Shown: positions 12,632 to 26,445, counted from the stretch's first letter. The stretch is DNA of 64,000 nucleotides from Salpingoeca rosetta (GCA_033442325.1 JAWQFM010000029.1:717486-781485); one strand, 5' to 3'. Numbers and translations: made by a program. The notes: generated by a model not told the origin, from the sequence alone.

Positions 12632-15063
12632 ATACACATGCACGTGAGCGTGTGTAAGTGTGAGAGGAGAGAACAGAAGAGGACTGGCCGAGACCACAAG
12701 GATTGCAAGTGTACAACGAGCAAACACTCGAGCAACCAGTCGAGCACGATTCAACTTACGCCACGCGCTGGTCGCTGCCGCAGAGAAGAACAACACGCGT
12801 GTATGTCCCGTACTGTCCAGTGAATGTCACCCGCTGCAAGGCACACACACACAATGTGGCGACGAGTGCATGATATGAGAGCGTGTGAGTACTGGGGGTG
12901 AACAGCCAAACACACCTACAAACACAGACATGTCGCTGCAGGAATGCCACGATACAACCGTCCCAACACAAGCGCACACGCATCCAAGCACACGCGCAAA
13001 AGCACGAATGCACAATCACAAACGCACACAATTACACCATACACCACACACACACACACAAACGCAAAATCACGCACCGTTGTCTCTGGCATGAAGCGAA
13101 GCATGCGTTGCGATGAAAGGGAGACGATGAAGCACCACATGGCCGGCAGGTCGCGGAGTGTTGGCTTGCGGAACAGCCGCAGCCGCGCCAGTTTGCGCGC
13201 CGGCTGCGCATGGAGCAGCAGCCCGCCCGTCGACGGTATCACGCGCACAGAGTTGGAACCTGACGTTGGGAAGGAGAGAGGGGGAAGGAGGGGGAGGAGG
13301 GGGACGCGAGCAGTGTTGTGTGGTATGGTGTGTGGGGTGTGATATGGTGTGTGGGGTGTGGTATGGTGTGTGGGGTGTGAGGGCCGTGCAAGGGTGGCAG
13401 TACCACATTCGCTATGTTTGCGTGACTTGGGTGTTTGTGCAATGGTATGCGGAGTTGTGCTGGTGAATAGGGACACAAGCCTTCCCCCAAAACACATTAA
13501 GCACGTGATGAGCAAGAGCCCGGTGCGGGACTGACTTGTGACGGAGGGATGACGATGAAGCGATGGATGGCGCACCTGCTGTGCCCGCTCAACCTGACAC
13601 ACACGCACACACAGGACCATTGTGATCAGGAAAGAGCGGTGCCAAGTGCGAACAAACAACAAACCGCAACAACTGCACCATGCAAGCGCTTAACACCACA
13701 CACACATACACATACACATACACATACATAAACAAACACCCCCTGCCGGTACCTTCTTGAGGCGCTGTAGGATATTCTCCTGTGTGCGCACAATGCCGTC
13801 CACGCGCTGCTTGAGTTGCGAGTTGAGGTCGTCAATCTGCTGCTTGATGGCGGCGTCGGTGACGTTGTTGTTGAGGGAGATGAGCGCCCGCACACGTCGC
13901 ACCTCCACCCCATCCCGCACCTCAACCTCGCTGCCTTCCCCGCCATCCAGCGCAATGCCCAGCAGAATCTGTTTGGACCACGGCGAGGTGCGCATGGCCT
14001 GGGCAACACCTGCGGGCCATGCATCCGCTGACGACAGCGACGTCAACACGCCCCGCTTGCGAGGTGACACGCCATCACCAACGCCACTTCCAACACCACC
14101 ATCAGCAACATCGGCGTCGTTGCCGGGGGTGCTGCTGCGGTTGGCTGCTTGCTGCTGGGTCGACACCCTGCCATGCTGGGGTGCCAGCGGCGCCGGGGAG
14201 GTGGAGGGGGCGGATGTGGACGCGGACATCGACGATGGCGGTGAGGATGAGGACGGCTTGGTGGCAGCATCCTCCCGGTTGGTGCCGGTGTTGGTGCCGG
14301 TGTCGGTGTTGGTGTTGTTGCTGTTGCTGTTGCTGTCAGCTGCAACATCGGCCACGGCTATCTCCTCGTATCCAAACGCTGACGGCGGCGCCCCAGTGTC
14401 CGATGACACCGCCTCCTTCTGCGTCAGCTGGTGCTGCGTGTCTGCTTGCTGTGTTTGCTGGTAGCGAGGCGAGGTTGGGCTGCTTGCAAGCACGAATGTC
14501 GTGCCTTGGGTGGTCACGTTGTCATACTCGCCGCTGCCGCGCCCGCCATCAAACCGGTGGCCGGCAACCCGTTCCAGCTGGCGCCGTTTCAGTTCATCCC
14601 GAGCGGAGCCTCCACCAACATCGCCGTCGTTGTCATCATCTTCGCTGTCATCATCGTCGTTGTCGCTGCTGCACACCACCTCGTCGTGTCCGCTGCGTGT
14701 CAGGACGGGCTGCTTTGTGCGTGCTGCCGTCTGCGTGTGTGTGTTTGTGTCCGTGTCGGGACGGCCACCGCCGTTCACGAGCGAGGGCGTGGCCGACGAC
14801 GACGACAGCGCCGGTGGCGAGCGGCTGTTGCCTGCAGGCATCTCGCCCACAGCTGCACCGGACGTGGCGTGGGAGAGCGGCGTGGACGTGACAGAGCCAT
14901 CGTCCTCGTCAGTCACGTCGTCATCGTTATCGTACGGCCCCGTGTACAGCAAATCGCCCGTCTTCACCGGACCGCCGACAAGCACATGCACGATGCTGCC
15001 GTGCGGTGGCGGTGGTGGTGGAGACACGGGTGTGAGTGAGGGGGTGGGTGGGTGGTTGCGTTA

Positions 15064-15145
<82 letters not shown>

Positions 15146-15664
15146 AGTTGTGCACAAGGAGGGACAGGAGCAATGTGCTGGTTTGACAGGCGTGAAGGAG
15201 TGGCGGAGGAACTCACCCATACATGCAGACCGTTTCCACGTCAAAGGTGTTGCGCACTTTCGCGTTGTTTGCATTTGCACTGCACAAACACGTGTGCAAG
15301 CAGCAACGGACAGGTGAGAAAGCAGTGGCAAGTGGAGTGGGGGCAGTTGTCGTGATGCACAACAGCGCAGCACTTTGATGAAAGCAAGTAAGAACACGTC
15401 ACAGAGGCAACCAATGGTGTTAACGAGCAGTTGCTCCCTCAACAAAACCGAACCAAAACCACCATCACCACAATGACCACCACCACAAACACAACCACCC
15501 TTGGCTGCGTACATGGTGTGTGCTGAGCGGGTGATGACGCCGCACACGACGGCGTCGGCGACATTATCGTGGCGAATCCGCTCCACAGCCAGACCGCCGC
15601 CCGCAGCCGCAAACAGCCCAACGACCACACCTTCCTCAAACCGCCTGCACAGCCACATGTGTGT

Positions 15665-15700
<36 letters not shown>

Positions 15701-16092
15701 ATTGAGCGTTAGCAGCGAGTCACACCAAGCAGAACGTGGCCAGCTCACACAAGTGAATTGCTACTTTGCCAGAGACACATGCACCACCACCACCGCCACA
15801 TGCAGCAACAGCAAACAGCAAACAGCCAGCATCCAACACCAAACAGTAGTGCGTACTCGTATGCGCAGATCTTGGGGAAGAGATAGGCAATGTCGGCGCC
15901 CGGCCGCGGTGCCGGCAGCGGCATGTTGCACTGGAAGCACAGCTGCTCAACCTCTGTGTAAGGGGGAAGGAGGATGGGGAAAGGGTGTGGTGATCGTACG
16001 CGGGGGGTGGGATGATGGTGAGTCATGAAAGGAGGAAAGAAGGGGGGGAGAGCGGAGCTGTTAAAATTTCAACGCGACCAAATGCCAACACA

Positions 16093-16180
<88 letters not shown>

Positions 16181-16373
16181 TTCCTGTCCAAAGTGCATCG
16201 TACGTGTTTTTGCAATGGCCTGTGGGAGGTGACAGGAAGGACAGTGTCCCCAGAAAAAGTCTTCACACTGCAGATCGTCTGGGAAGAGCGCACTCGCATT
16301 GCCGGACAACGCAGCCACTTCCCGGTTCATTAGCCCGTACGCCTGCCGCGGTGCGTCATTGCAAGCGTGATTT

Positions 16374-16411
<38 letters not shown>

Positions 16412-17636
16412 CGTGCGTGTGTGTGTGTGTATGTGTGTATGTGTGTGTGTGTGGTGAGCATGTGCTCTTGCTGCTGCTGTTGCTGTTGGGACGGTGTCGA
16501 CGAGTGACAAGGGCGGCTCACGCCACGTTGCGTGCCACAATGGCAAAATTCAACAACGGCAAACACAACACGTGTGATCACGAGTCGCGCAGACAAGATA
16601 CGCACACAACAGCGCTGTGTGTGACAGTGCTGCTGGACTGTACCGTGAAGTTGTCGTCCTCTGTGTCCATGGATCGCGGCAACAGCACAATCCCAGCGCC
16701 GCTCTCGTTCGGCTGAAGGCGACACCATGAATAGTTTGTTGGGCAAGCAGCGCGTGTTGGTGGTGGGCATGAGTGTGAGCGTGGTGAGGTCGCATTCAGG
16801 ACGTGCTGTCGTACGCGGCGAGTGATCCAAGTAATGCATCGCCTTCACGGCAGCGCATGCACACACATACACGAACCCACATACACGAACGTAACGCACA
16901 TGCATACATGCACACACACAGCACGCAGTTCACAGAGTACACTCACCGACTGCGCGGTTGTGTTGGAGAAGAGGGTCATGCCAGCTGCGGACGGGGTGAA
17001 TCAGGCAATGCACATGCAGCATGGTGAGGCGGCACTTGCTTGGGGACAGCACGCGAAATCAGACGCAAGGCAGGAAGGTACACAAAGCAGGAACAAGAAA
17101 CACATACACACACGCGCACGCACGCACACACACTCTCTCCGCCAGTCTTCTCAACGCACAATGCTCAGTGAAGGATGCGAGGATGTGTGTTGGAGTGGAC
17201 TCCTCGAGGGTGAATCCGGTGTTGTGGTACAGCGTCTGGGACACGCGCGGGGTGCGTTGCAACCGCCGCCCCTGCCGCCAACTGCGCTCGCTGCCATCGC
17301 CATCGTCGCCGCCCTCCAGCATGGCCGTGGATGTCGTGGCCTGTGCTCCCGAGTCATCGTCTGCTGCAGTCGTCATCACGTTGGAAGCGTCAGCATCGTA
17401 GCCGCTGCCATAACCCTCGTTGAACAGCGTGTCAGCGCCAAAGTCTGGCGGCTCCATGCTAGCGCTTGCAGAGCTGTTGTCTTCCTGTCCCAGGAAGCGC
17501 ACGCCGCCCCGCATCGATTGCGCAACGTCATACCCTGATTGCATCACGCCAACTCCTTCTTCTTGCTGCTGATATTGTTGTTGTTGCTGCTGATATTGTT
17601 GTTGTTGCTGCTGATATTGTTGTTGTTGCTGCTGAT

Positions 17637-17699
<63 letters not shown>

Positions 17700-18726
17700 G
17701 CTGCTGATCGTGTGCATGTGGCGGAGATGTTCGCTCCGGCGTTGCGGCACCATCGTCCTCCGCACCGGGCGGTGGAAGCTCAAACAGGTCCTGATCCAGC
17801 ATGTGCAGTACTCCAGCATCACCAGCCACGTCGCTCGCAGGCGTGCCCATACCCGTGGTTGTGGCTGTGGTGGTGGTGGTGGCGTTGGCGGTTGGCTGCA
17901 CAGACCATGGCGATGATGATGATGATGATGATAGTGATGGCGGTGGCGCAGCGGTGGTGTCGACGTGCAAACCGCTGCTGACGAAGCCACCGTTGCGGCC
18001 AAGATGTGCCGTCTGGCCAAGCAGGTGCGCAGGCTGCTGGTGTTGCTGCTGTTGCTGCTGCTGGTGTTGTTGCTGGTGTTGTTGCTGGTGTTGCTGGTGT
18101 TGCTGGTGGTGTTGGTGGTGATGGTGGTTGTGATGGCCGGCTGAGCTGTTTGTGGCTGCGCTCTGCTCGCTGTACACGGAGCCTGTGGCGCTGTCAGCGG
18201 GCGACCCCTGCTCTCGCATCAGCGACAGCACATGCCCCGGCGCTTGCACCACCCCGCGCAGGCTCTCGCTCTGCGCAGGCGGCTGGTACGGCTGCTGCTG
18301 CTGCTGATACTGTTGCTGTTGCTGTTGTTGTTGCTGTTGCTGGAGCAGCAGCTGCTGGTATTTCTGCTGACGCTGCAGAATGTCAGACACGTGCTCTCCG
18401 CCACCGTCGGCTGATGGCGGGGACGGCACAGACTCGCCCTCCTCCTTGTGCCACTCGTGTACAGGCCCCTGCTGCTGCAGTTGTTGCTGTTCTTGGAACT
18501 GTACTTGCTCCTGGTTGCTGTTGGCGGAAAGGGGCGGCGAGTGCTGCAAATTCGCCGTCCCGTAGCCAATAGTCGATGACAGTGCTGCGATGTTGTCGTC
18601 GCCCTGCTCGCACAACGGCCGCACAAACTTGTTGGCTGCACGCAGAGTGACGCAAGAGCGAGGAAAGAAGGAGAAAGAAGATGAGCAAGGGGAGGAACAG
18701 GGGGTGAGGCTGCAATCGCAGACCTG

Positions 18727-18796
<70 letters not shown>

Positions 18797-19903
18797 TGTG
18801 TGTGTGTCTTCAACACGCTAAAGTTGGTGCTGATCCGTAGGTAGTGGCAGGACTCTTATAATAGACCAAACATCTCCTGTAGTCTATTTATGGTAAAAGA
18901 ATACATGCGTATTGCTATTCCTCCGACTTGTGTAGGAGATACCTGCTGCTTTAATGATTAGTTATTCCGTCAGTTTATGCGGTCTAGAAAAGTTGCCGTC
19001 ACCTTTAGATCAGTGTTGTCAATCGTCTCGTACCGAGACTACCTTATCCTCGCTTGCTTAACCCTGGGTTCCGCTCGTTTCCGTCAGAGCGGGTGAGTAC
19101 AACAGTCGGCACTCAACACTTTACAGAAGTATCCTTCTCACGAGAAGCAGTCGCATAAAGGGACTTCACGTGGATGTGCGTGTGTGTCATGTGTGTGTGT
19201 CATGCACGTGTCATGCACGAGCCATGCGCGTGAGAGCAACTTACAAGCGTCAACAAGGGCCATGCAGAGCTTGTAGTACATGCCGGCCTCGTAAGGAGTG
19301 TGCTCAATCTGCACCGCACGACACGATTGGAATGTGTTTGTTTTGGAGGGAGGGAGGAGCAGCAACCGTCGTGGGAAACATCATGCATGAGGCACCATGC
19401 GGTGTGTTGACGCACACACATGCGTAGCAGCAGCAACAGCAGCAGTAGCACCAGGGCATGTGGGGGACAGACAAGCACGCACACACAAGCACAGACAGAC
19501 ATACACACCCACACCCACACATACCCACACATACACACACACACACACATGCAAACACACACACGCCCGCACACATCAAATACACAAGCAACACAAATCA
19601 ACAGCAACAACAACAACAACTGACGGTGAATCCTGCGCGGGAGCTCTCCTTGACGAGGAGGTCGAAGAAGAGGCGCTCGTCCTCCGGGTCCACGTGGTAG
19701 TGGTGCGGGTTGATGCAGATGGGCGCCAGCCCGTTGGGGCCCGGCGGGCCTTTGCCCTGTCCGTTGCCGCTGTTGGTGGTAGTGGTGGTGGCATGGTGTG
19801 GCGTAAGGATCAACGGTGCGGGAACGGAAGCGGTCGAGTGGCATTGAACACACCATGCGCGCGCACGCGCGCGCACGCACGCACGCACACACACACACAC
19901 AGG

Positions 19904-19941
<38 letters not shown>

Positions 19942-20512
19942 GAATGCCGTATTCGCAGGAGATGAGGCGGCGCCAGGAGTTGTGAAGGAGGTCGTCCGTG
20001 ATGGGATACCACAGCCCAAGATGCACGCGGAAGAAGGCGTGCGTCGACACACGCCGCGTCTTACCCCCAGCTGACGGCGGTGGCGGTGATGGTGGGAGTG
20101 AACATGGGAGTGAGTGATGATGTGGTGAATATGAGTTCAAGCAGGACGCGCGGCAGTGGCAGTGCAAACGGCTGAGGACACGTGTGAGCGTTTCCATCAC
20201 ACCCACATGGACATGCTCACACACACGTTCACACACGCGTGTACGATTGTTTGGGGCTCAACGCACATGTGCTGGTGTACAGGCTGGAGATGTGTGTGCA
20301 GTAGTTCTTGGGGCATTCCTTGCACTTGCCGCGGCTAATCTCTGGGAAGAAGTGTTCCCTGAATAAAGATTACAAATAAGGCGCGCAATGAGTGCCTGAT
20401 AAGTGGGGCGATGCCTTGCGTTGTACACATGACCGCACACAAACACACACACACAGACACGCACACACGCACACACGCACACGCACACACGCACACGCAC
20501 ACGCACACACAA

Positions 20513-20545
<33 letters not shown>

Positions 20546-20601
20546 CACACACAAACCAAACACGCACAAACCAAACACGCACAAACACACACAAACACAC
20601 A

Positions 20602-20645
<44 letters not shown>

Positions 20646-20769
20646 GCATGGGGAACATGTCGAGTGCCTCTGGCCATGATGAAGCCTGCAGGGCCTTGAG
20701 ACAGCGACGGTCGCGGCCAATAAACTCGGCAAGGTTGGACGGGTCAAACCCCGTGATAATCACAGACAT
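8670..20769 (-). CDS. Gene B (complete, about 20 exons): MH1-like + polyQ + C4 Zn ribbon + Peptidase-G2-like chaperone domain + coiled coil + two FGF-like beta-trefoils + disordered tail
   Basis: Phase-consistent chain: MSVIITGF (20769), CKECPKNYCTH, STHAFF..SCEYGI, ICINPHHY, polyQ exon, CPSC/CFQC, GADIAYLFP, GVITRS, VCMYG, GGPVKTGDLLY, LLGIAL, trefoil exons 10626-13140, ending ..SQIFLV* (8670). Confidence 0.8.
9184..9343. repeat. 81-bp tandem duplication in the last intron of gene B
   Basis: gaatcactgtgggtgtgcacacgacgcgacaatcacc...aaaacatgaac occurs at 9184 and 9265. Confidence 0.9.
10626..13140 (-). other. Two tandem FGF-like beta-trefoil domains of gene B
   Basis: Domain 1: CFIVSLSSQRMLRF..RVTFTG..ALTLDASGQP..TNYFSF..RHLAVSASGRP..ACF. 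Domain 2: CRLYAQTTQEAVRVFGGKVDCKG..VRLLHADGYIGLKDG..AFEWISTEDGVALRCGQHYLCFDEDGNPR..CIF. Both follow the FGF-core pattern (LY...G.V.G; Y..M...G; WY.A...G.P). Confidence 0.6.
13870..15900 (-). other. Peptidase-G2/IMC-like domain of gene B
   Basis: GADIAYLFPKICAYERFEEGVVVGLF..VCGVITRS..VCMYGIVHVLVGGPVKTGDLLY..[insert]..GVA..ILLGIAL; same introns as gene A. Confidence 0.6.
19625..20769 (-). other. MH1-like domain of gene B
   Basis: Spliced NYCTHISSLYTSTSGGKTRRVSTHAFFRVHLGLWYP..WRRLISCEYGI..ICINPHHY; the Cys-to-His spacing of 20 equals that of Smad C..PH. Confidence 0.75.
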
Positions 20770-21693
20770 GGTGCCTGCCTGCCTGCCTGCTGCTCCTGCT
20801 GCTCCTGCTGTTCCTGCTGTTCCTGGTGCTCCTGTGGTTGTTGTTGCGAGTCTCGTTACCGTTTCGTTGCTTCAGCGCGTGCTTGACGCTTTTGACGTCT
20901 TGAGCACTCCTCTGAGACGGGCCACGCCAGAAGAAGTGACGTGTGACAGCCCCGCAAGAGTAAAGATGCTGTTTGGTCTGCACCCCCACAAAACCACACA
21001 GCAAACCACATCAAAGCACAAACCACATCAAAGCAAAGCACAGCAAACGCCCAGAATACGACCGTGGGAACAACACGAACAACAGTCCAGTCCAGCCCAG
21101 TCCAGTTTAGTCGCACAGTGACCATGTGAGCAATCACGAAGATACGAAGAGAAAACAGAGAGGTTGGGGCAGGGAGCTATCCTTCCTGCTCCGCCCCAAA
21201 ATAACACAACACTCATGAAGGCAGCGTCACAAGCACCACGATAACAGCAGCAGGCACGCCACACCACAAGCACATGCCGCTCCAACCAACCAAGCAACCA
21301 CCCATGCAACCAGCCAGCAGCCTCCACCACATCGTACACTTACGTGAGAAGAGGCGAATTGCTAAGTGGTGGAGTTCCCACAAGGCGAGAAGAGCAGATG
21401 TGCGCGTGCAAGCAAGAAGCACAAATCACACACACGCAAACGCTGATGGCGATGTTGATGGGGAGCGACAAAGGACCTCCCTTTTGTTCTTCGGCAACAA
21501 GCAACCAAAGAGCTCTTGTGCTTGCCGAACAAGTTTCATGAAAAGATGGAATGATTCGATGACAATTTAGCGTACGTATTACGGTGCATGGAATCTTACC
21601 AAGAATATTTATTTACCAACTGGGCTGTCCTCTCACTCACGAACCAGCCACTCAATATCGCGTGCACCAACGCACACACACACAGGTGCACAG

Positions 21694-23023
21694 ATGCGTG
21701 GATCAACCTCAAGAGGCAGAGGAGGAAGGGGTGGCAGAGGAGGCAGAGGAGGCAGGGGAGGCAGGGGACGAGGAAGGGGCAGGGGAGGAAGGGGAGGAAG
21801 AGGGCATGGCATCAAGAGCGTTCACATTCAGCTGCCACGACACTTGTTCAATCTCATGGCAAGTGGGCAAATGAAACCAGTTGGCATCGAGGAGCTGGCA
21901 GCCGGAGGAGGGTCTCCGCACCGTGGCCGCGGTGGCGGTCGTGGTGGCGGCGGCGCGCACGTGGCATCATCGGCGTTTGCGCCCAGTTGGCGAGGTGGGA
22001 GTCCTCGTGGCCGTGGGAGCAGCCGTGGTGGGTTTGGTGCGGCGCATGGCATGTTGATGGGAGACAGCCCAACACTTCCGCAACGGCACAGGCCAGGATC
22101 CACCTCCCCACGTGGCGGCGTGCCTTTCAATGCTGGATTGGGACCTTCAACCCAGAAGACAAACTGCCTGCACTTTGTTCGGTACAGACGCCAGAACAAT
22201 GGCTTGCTTGTGGATTTGATTGGAACTGGATGGCTTGTGCGCTTGCAAGCAGCATGGATTGGTGTGGTGTAACAGCGGTTGTGATCCTCGTTGTGTATGC
22301 GTGTGTCATGCGCTTGGGTTGCTTTTCAATGCGTTGTTGCTGTCTCAAGCACCTCACACGCACACACACACACACGCACACGCACTCGCCCCGTTGACAC
22401 AAACTCTTCCGTGCAGGTTTGGGCAGTGTCGACGCGGCCCAACCTGTGCGTTTGCACACGACCCTGCCAGCGTCGCTGTGTGCCCGCGCTATCTCACGTC
22501 CGCATGCTCTAATCCGTGCCCACGGCAGCACCAGGTGTGGTGGTGGTGGTGGTGGTGGTGGTTTGTGGAGGTGGTGCAGGTTGAGCTCGCGCAGTTACGA
22601 GTGTGCCTGAGTCTTTGTCCGTGTTTGTGCATCGAGTGCCCTCACGCTTTGCTTGAGCGGTCTCGTGGTCTAACCGTGTTGCATCTGGTGTCGCGTATGT
22701 ACTGATGAACAGGCTATTGGGAGCATGGTGCCGGACTGTGTCTTCTTTTCGCGCGGGAAATGCGACCGTGACAACTGCCGCTACCGCCACGTGCGCCTTG
22801 ACGAGGATGCCCTCGTCTGCGAAGTACGGGTTGCGCTGTGAATGGCGATACACATCACAGTTCATGCACCCATTGCACCCACCACATTCGCCCCCAGGAC
22901 TAGCACTCTTTGACCGACGCTTGTGCACGGACACTGGGGCTCACATACACCCACATACACACACACACACGCACACACACACACACACGCACACACACAC
23001 ACACGCACACACGCACACACACG

Positions 23024-23061
<38 letters not shown>

Positions 23062-23909
23062 CATACACACACTCTCTCTCACACACACTCACACACACAC
23101 ACACACTGCGACAGGATTTTGTGTTTGGCAAGTGCAAGGACGCCGCGTGTCCAAATATCCACGAGTACATCTGTCCAGGCTATTTCGCTGGCGGCACGTG
23201 CACAAATGGAAGGTGATTCTGTCGTGACCTCTTGAACCTGCTGGGGGGATGGGGGCTATTGTGTTCGATGTCATCGTTTATTTTGACACTTACTTCACAA
23301 CACATACATACATGTACACGCACACACGTGTACATATAAACACACATACACGCACACACATACGCACCCATCACGTCTCGCTTCGGCTCGACAATGACGA
23401 CGATGACGACAATGCCAACGATAACAACAACCGAAACGCATTCGACAACACCAACTGCCATGACTGCCACTGCTGCGCAACAGGAAATGCCCGCTTGATC
23501 ACGTGCGCAAATGGGAGCGACAACGCCAGATGACACTGGCAAACCACCACACCGACCACCACCACCACAAGATGCGGCCCCATGATGATGGTGATGGTGG
23601 CGAGCTTCAGCCGTTCACGATTGGCGTTGCTGACAGTAATGATGACAGCAGGAGCGCCTTTGTTGTGGGCGCAGGTGACAGTGGCATTGCAGGTGGAGGC
23701 AGTCGTGATGGTGGTGATGATGGTGGCAACAAGGGTGGCGATGACAACAATGGTGCTGGTGCTGGATCGAATGCCCAACAGCAACGGCAGCGGTGGTGGC
23801 AGCGTCTCACCTTTGATAATGACGACGACGATGATGGTGAGGGTGGTGATGGTAGTGACGACGACGACGACGACGATGACGATGACGATGATGATGATGA
23901 TGGTGATGG

Positions 23910-23941
<32 letters not shown>

Positions 23942-24100
23942 GTGATGATGGTGATGGTGATGATGATGATGATGATGACACTGCTGCTGCGATTGCTGCG
24001 TATGAGAACGCCTTCTTTGTGGACACACACGGGAGCGGCGACATCAGCCAGTACGAGACGTCATCATCGGATGGGGACGACAACGAAGACAGCGGTGCGT

Positions 24101-24135
<35 letters not shown>

Positions 24136-24329
24136 ATCATCCATCCGTCTACACAGTGTGGTGTTGTCTTGTGTATGGTTGTCGTGCATGTTGCCTTGAT
24201 GTGTGTGTGTGTGTATGTTGTTGCAGAAAAGTTTATGAACACTCGCCCCTCATTGATTTGTGCGGTTTGCGTGTCACAGACTCGTATGATGAAGACAACA
24301 CAAGCGGCGATGACGACGACGACGACGAC

Positions 24330-24387
<58 letters not shown>

Positions 24388-24894
24388 GTGAAGCTGACAG
24401 CATGACAGAGGCGGGGTCAGCACACATCACAGTGAAGAAGGAAGAAGAGGACGTGCAAGAAGAGACGGGAGCAGGGATGGATAAAAATGCTACACAACGG
24501 CATCAGGACATGCCAATACGAGACGACCTCAAACATCACACCGCCAACACCCATCACAACAACAGCAGCAGCAGTGCTGATGTTGCAGTGGTGAAGAATG
24601 AGATCAAGGAGGAGGAAGTGGTGGACGGGGGCACGGGCGGCCACATGGACGCGAGTGGTGATGCTGCGTGGAGCAGCAAAAGTGCGAGGGCGGAGGGAAA
24701 AGAAGAGGGGGCGCATGTGTTGGAATCGGTGGAAGCAACAGGGAGCAGGGTGGTGGGTGGAAGGCACGAGGAGAGGTGGGCAGGCGAAAGTGACGGTGCA
24801 GGCCATGGTGAGGCAGGAACGAGGCATGACGCAACACACCATCAAGAACATCAAGGGCACCGCCACAACTCTACACAGCAGCACCACCACCACC

Positions 24895-24964
<70 letters not shown>

Positions 24965-25218
24965 GCAACAACAACAACAACAACAACAACAACAGCAACA
25001 GCAGCAGCAAGAGAACGATGGAGTGGTCAACGAGGAAAGTGACCCGCAGGCGACGAAGAAGAGGAGGAGGAGGAGGAGGAGGAGAAAACGAAGGCGACCG
25101 GCACAGCGGCGGGCGGAAAAGCGAATGAAGCAGGAACAGGAGGAGCAAGAACCGCTGGCGAGGGGGACGCCTGTGCAGCAAGGGCAGCACCAACAACAAC
25201 AACAACAACAACAACACC

Positions 25219-25267
<49 letters not shown>

Positions 25268-25355
25268 CTGCCGGCCAGTTGCGCAGTGCTGCAGAGAGAT
25301 GCACAGAGAGATGCGATTGAGAGAGAAAACGACGCGCCAAGCCCAGCACTACAGC
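21694..25355 (+). CDS. ZC3H3: ZC3H3/Red5-like CCCH zinc-finger protein (RGG-rich N-terminus, five CCCH fingers, acidic/polyQ tail); 3' end lost in gap
   Basis: Spliced [33 protein letters not shown]...[19 protein letters not shown]...[19 protein letters not shown] matches the ZC3H3 finger array (RFGRC..HDPEKVAVC). Confidence 0.8.
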
Positions 25356-26027
25356 NNNNNNNNNNNNNNNNNNNNNNNNNNNNNNNNNNNNNNNNNNNNN
25401 NNNNNNNNNNNNNNNNNNNNNNNNNNNNNNNNNNNNNNNNNNNNNNNNNNNNNNNNNNNNNNNNNNNNNNNNNNNNNNNNNNNNNNNNNNNNNNNNNNNN
25501 NNNNNNNNNNNNNNNNNNNNNNNNNNNNNNNNNNNNNNNNNNNNNNNNNNNNNNNNNNNNNNNNNNNNNNNNNNNNNNNNNNNNNNNNNNNNNNNNNNNN
25601 NNNNNNNNNNNNNNNNNNNNNNNNNNNNNNNNNNNNNNNNNNNNNNNNNNNNNNNNNNNNNNNNNNNNNNNNNNNNNNNNNNNNNNNNNNNNNNNNNNNN
25701 NNNNNNNNNNNNNNNNNNNNNNNNNNNNNNNNNNNNNNNNNNNNNNNNNNNNNNNNNNNNNNNNNNNNNNNNNNNNNNNNNNNNNNNNNNNNNNNNNNNN
25801 NNNNNNNNNNNNNNNNNNNNNNNNNNNNNNNNNNNNNNNNNNNNNNNNNNNNNNNNNNNNNNNNNNNNNNNNNNNNNNNNNNNNNNNNNNNNNNNNNNNN
25901 NNNNNNNNNNNNNNNNNNNNNNNNNNNNNNNNNNNNNNNNNNNNNNNNNNNNNNNNNNNNNNNNNNNNNNNNNNNNNNNNNNNNNNNNNNNNNNNNNNNN
26001 NNNNNNNNNNNNNNNNNNNNNNNNNNN

Positions 26028-26095
<68 letters not shown>

Positions 26096-26445
26096 TCCTC
26101 CATTTGGCCCACTGTCCCGCAATTTGCCTGTCTGCCTGCATGCCTCTACATGCACTGTATGTGTCCCTGTTTGACTGCCTGAACGACGATAAAGTGCAGT
26201 TTAATTGCCCGTCAGCAGAGCTCCCCCCAATCAATAAACGAGATGAAATGATGCACACATACATAGTGTGGCGCTGGATACAGTGCACAGTGGGGAGGAG
26301 GAGTGGGGAGATGTGTAATGTAAGGCGCTCCGCTTCGCACGCCAAGAACCACAACCACACACACAACGGCACCAGCCACAATTTATTTTACCCACAGTTC
26401 GAGAGTGGGAATTTCAATTTTGCCAACTCCACGACCTGGTTGTTG

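Noticed and set aside
18808-19150. RNase MRP/P, hammerhead, group II intron or solo LTR
   Set aside because: Only partial motif resemblance; no convincing P4 pairing, CUGANGA core, domain V or target-site duplication. The long-range 7-bp complementarities are about what chance gives.
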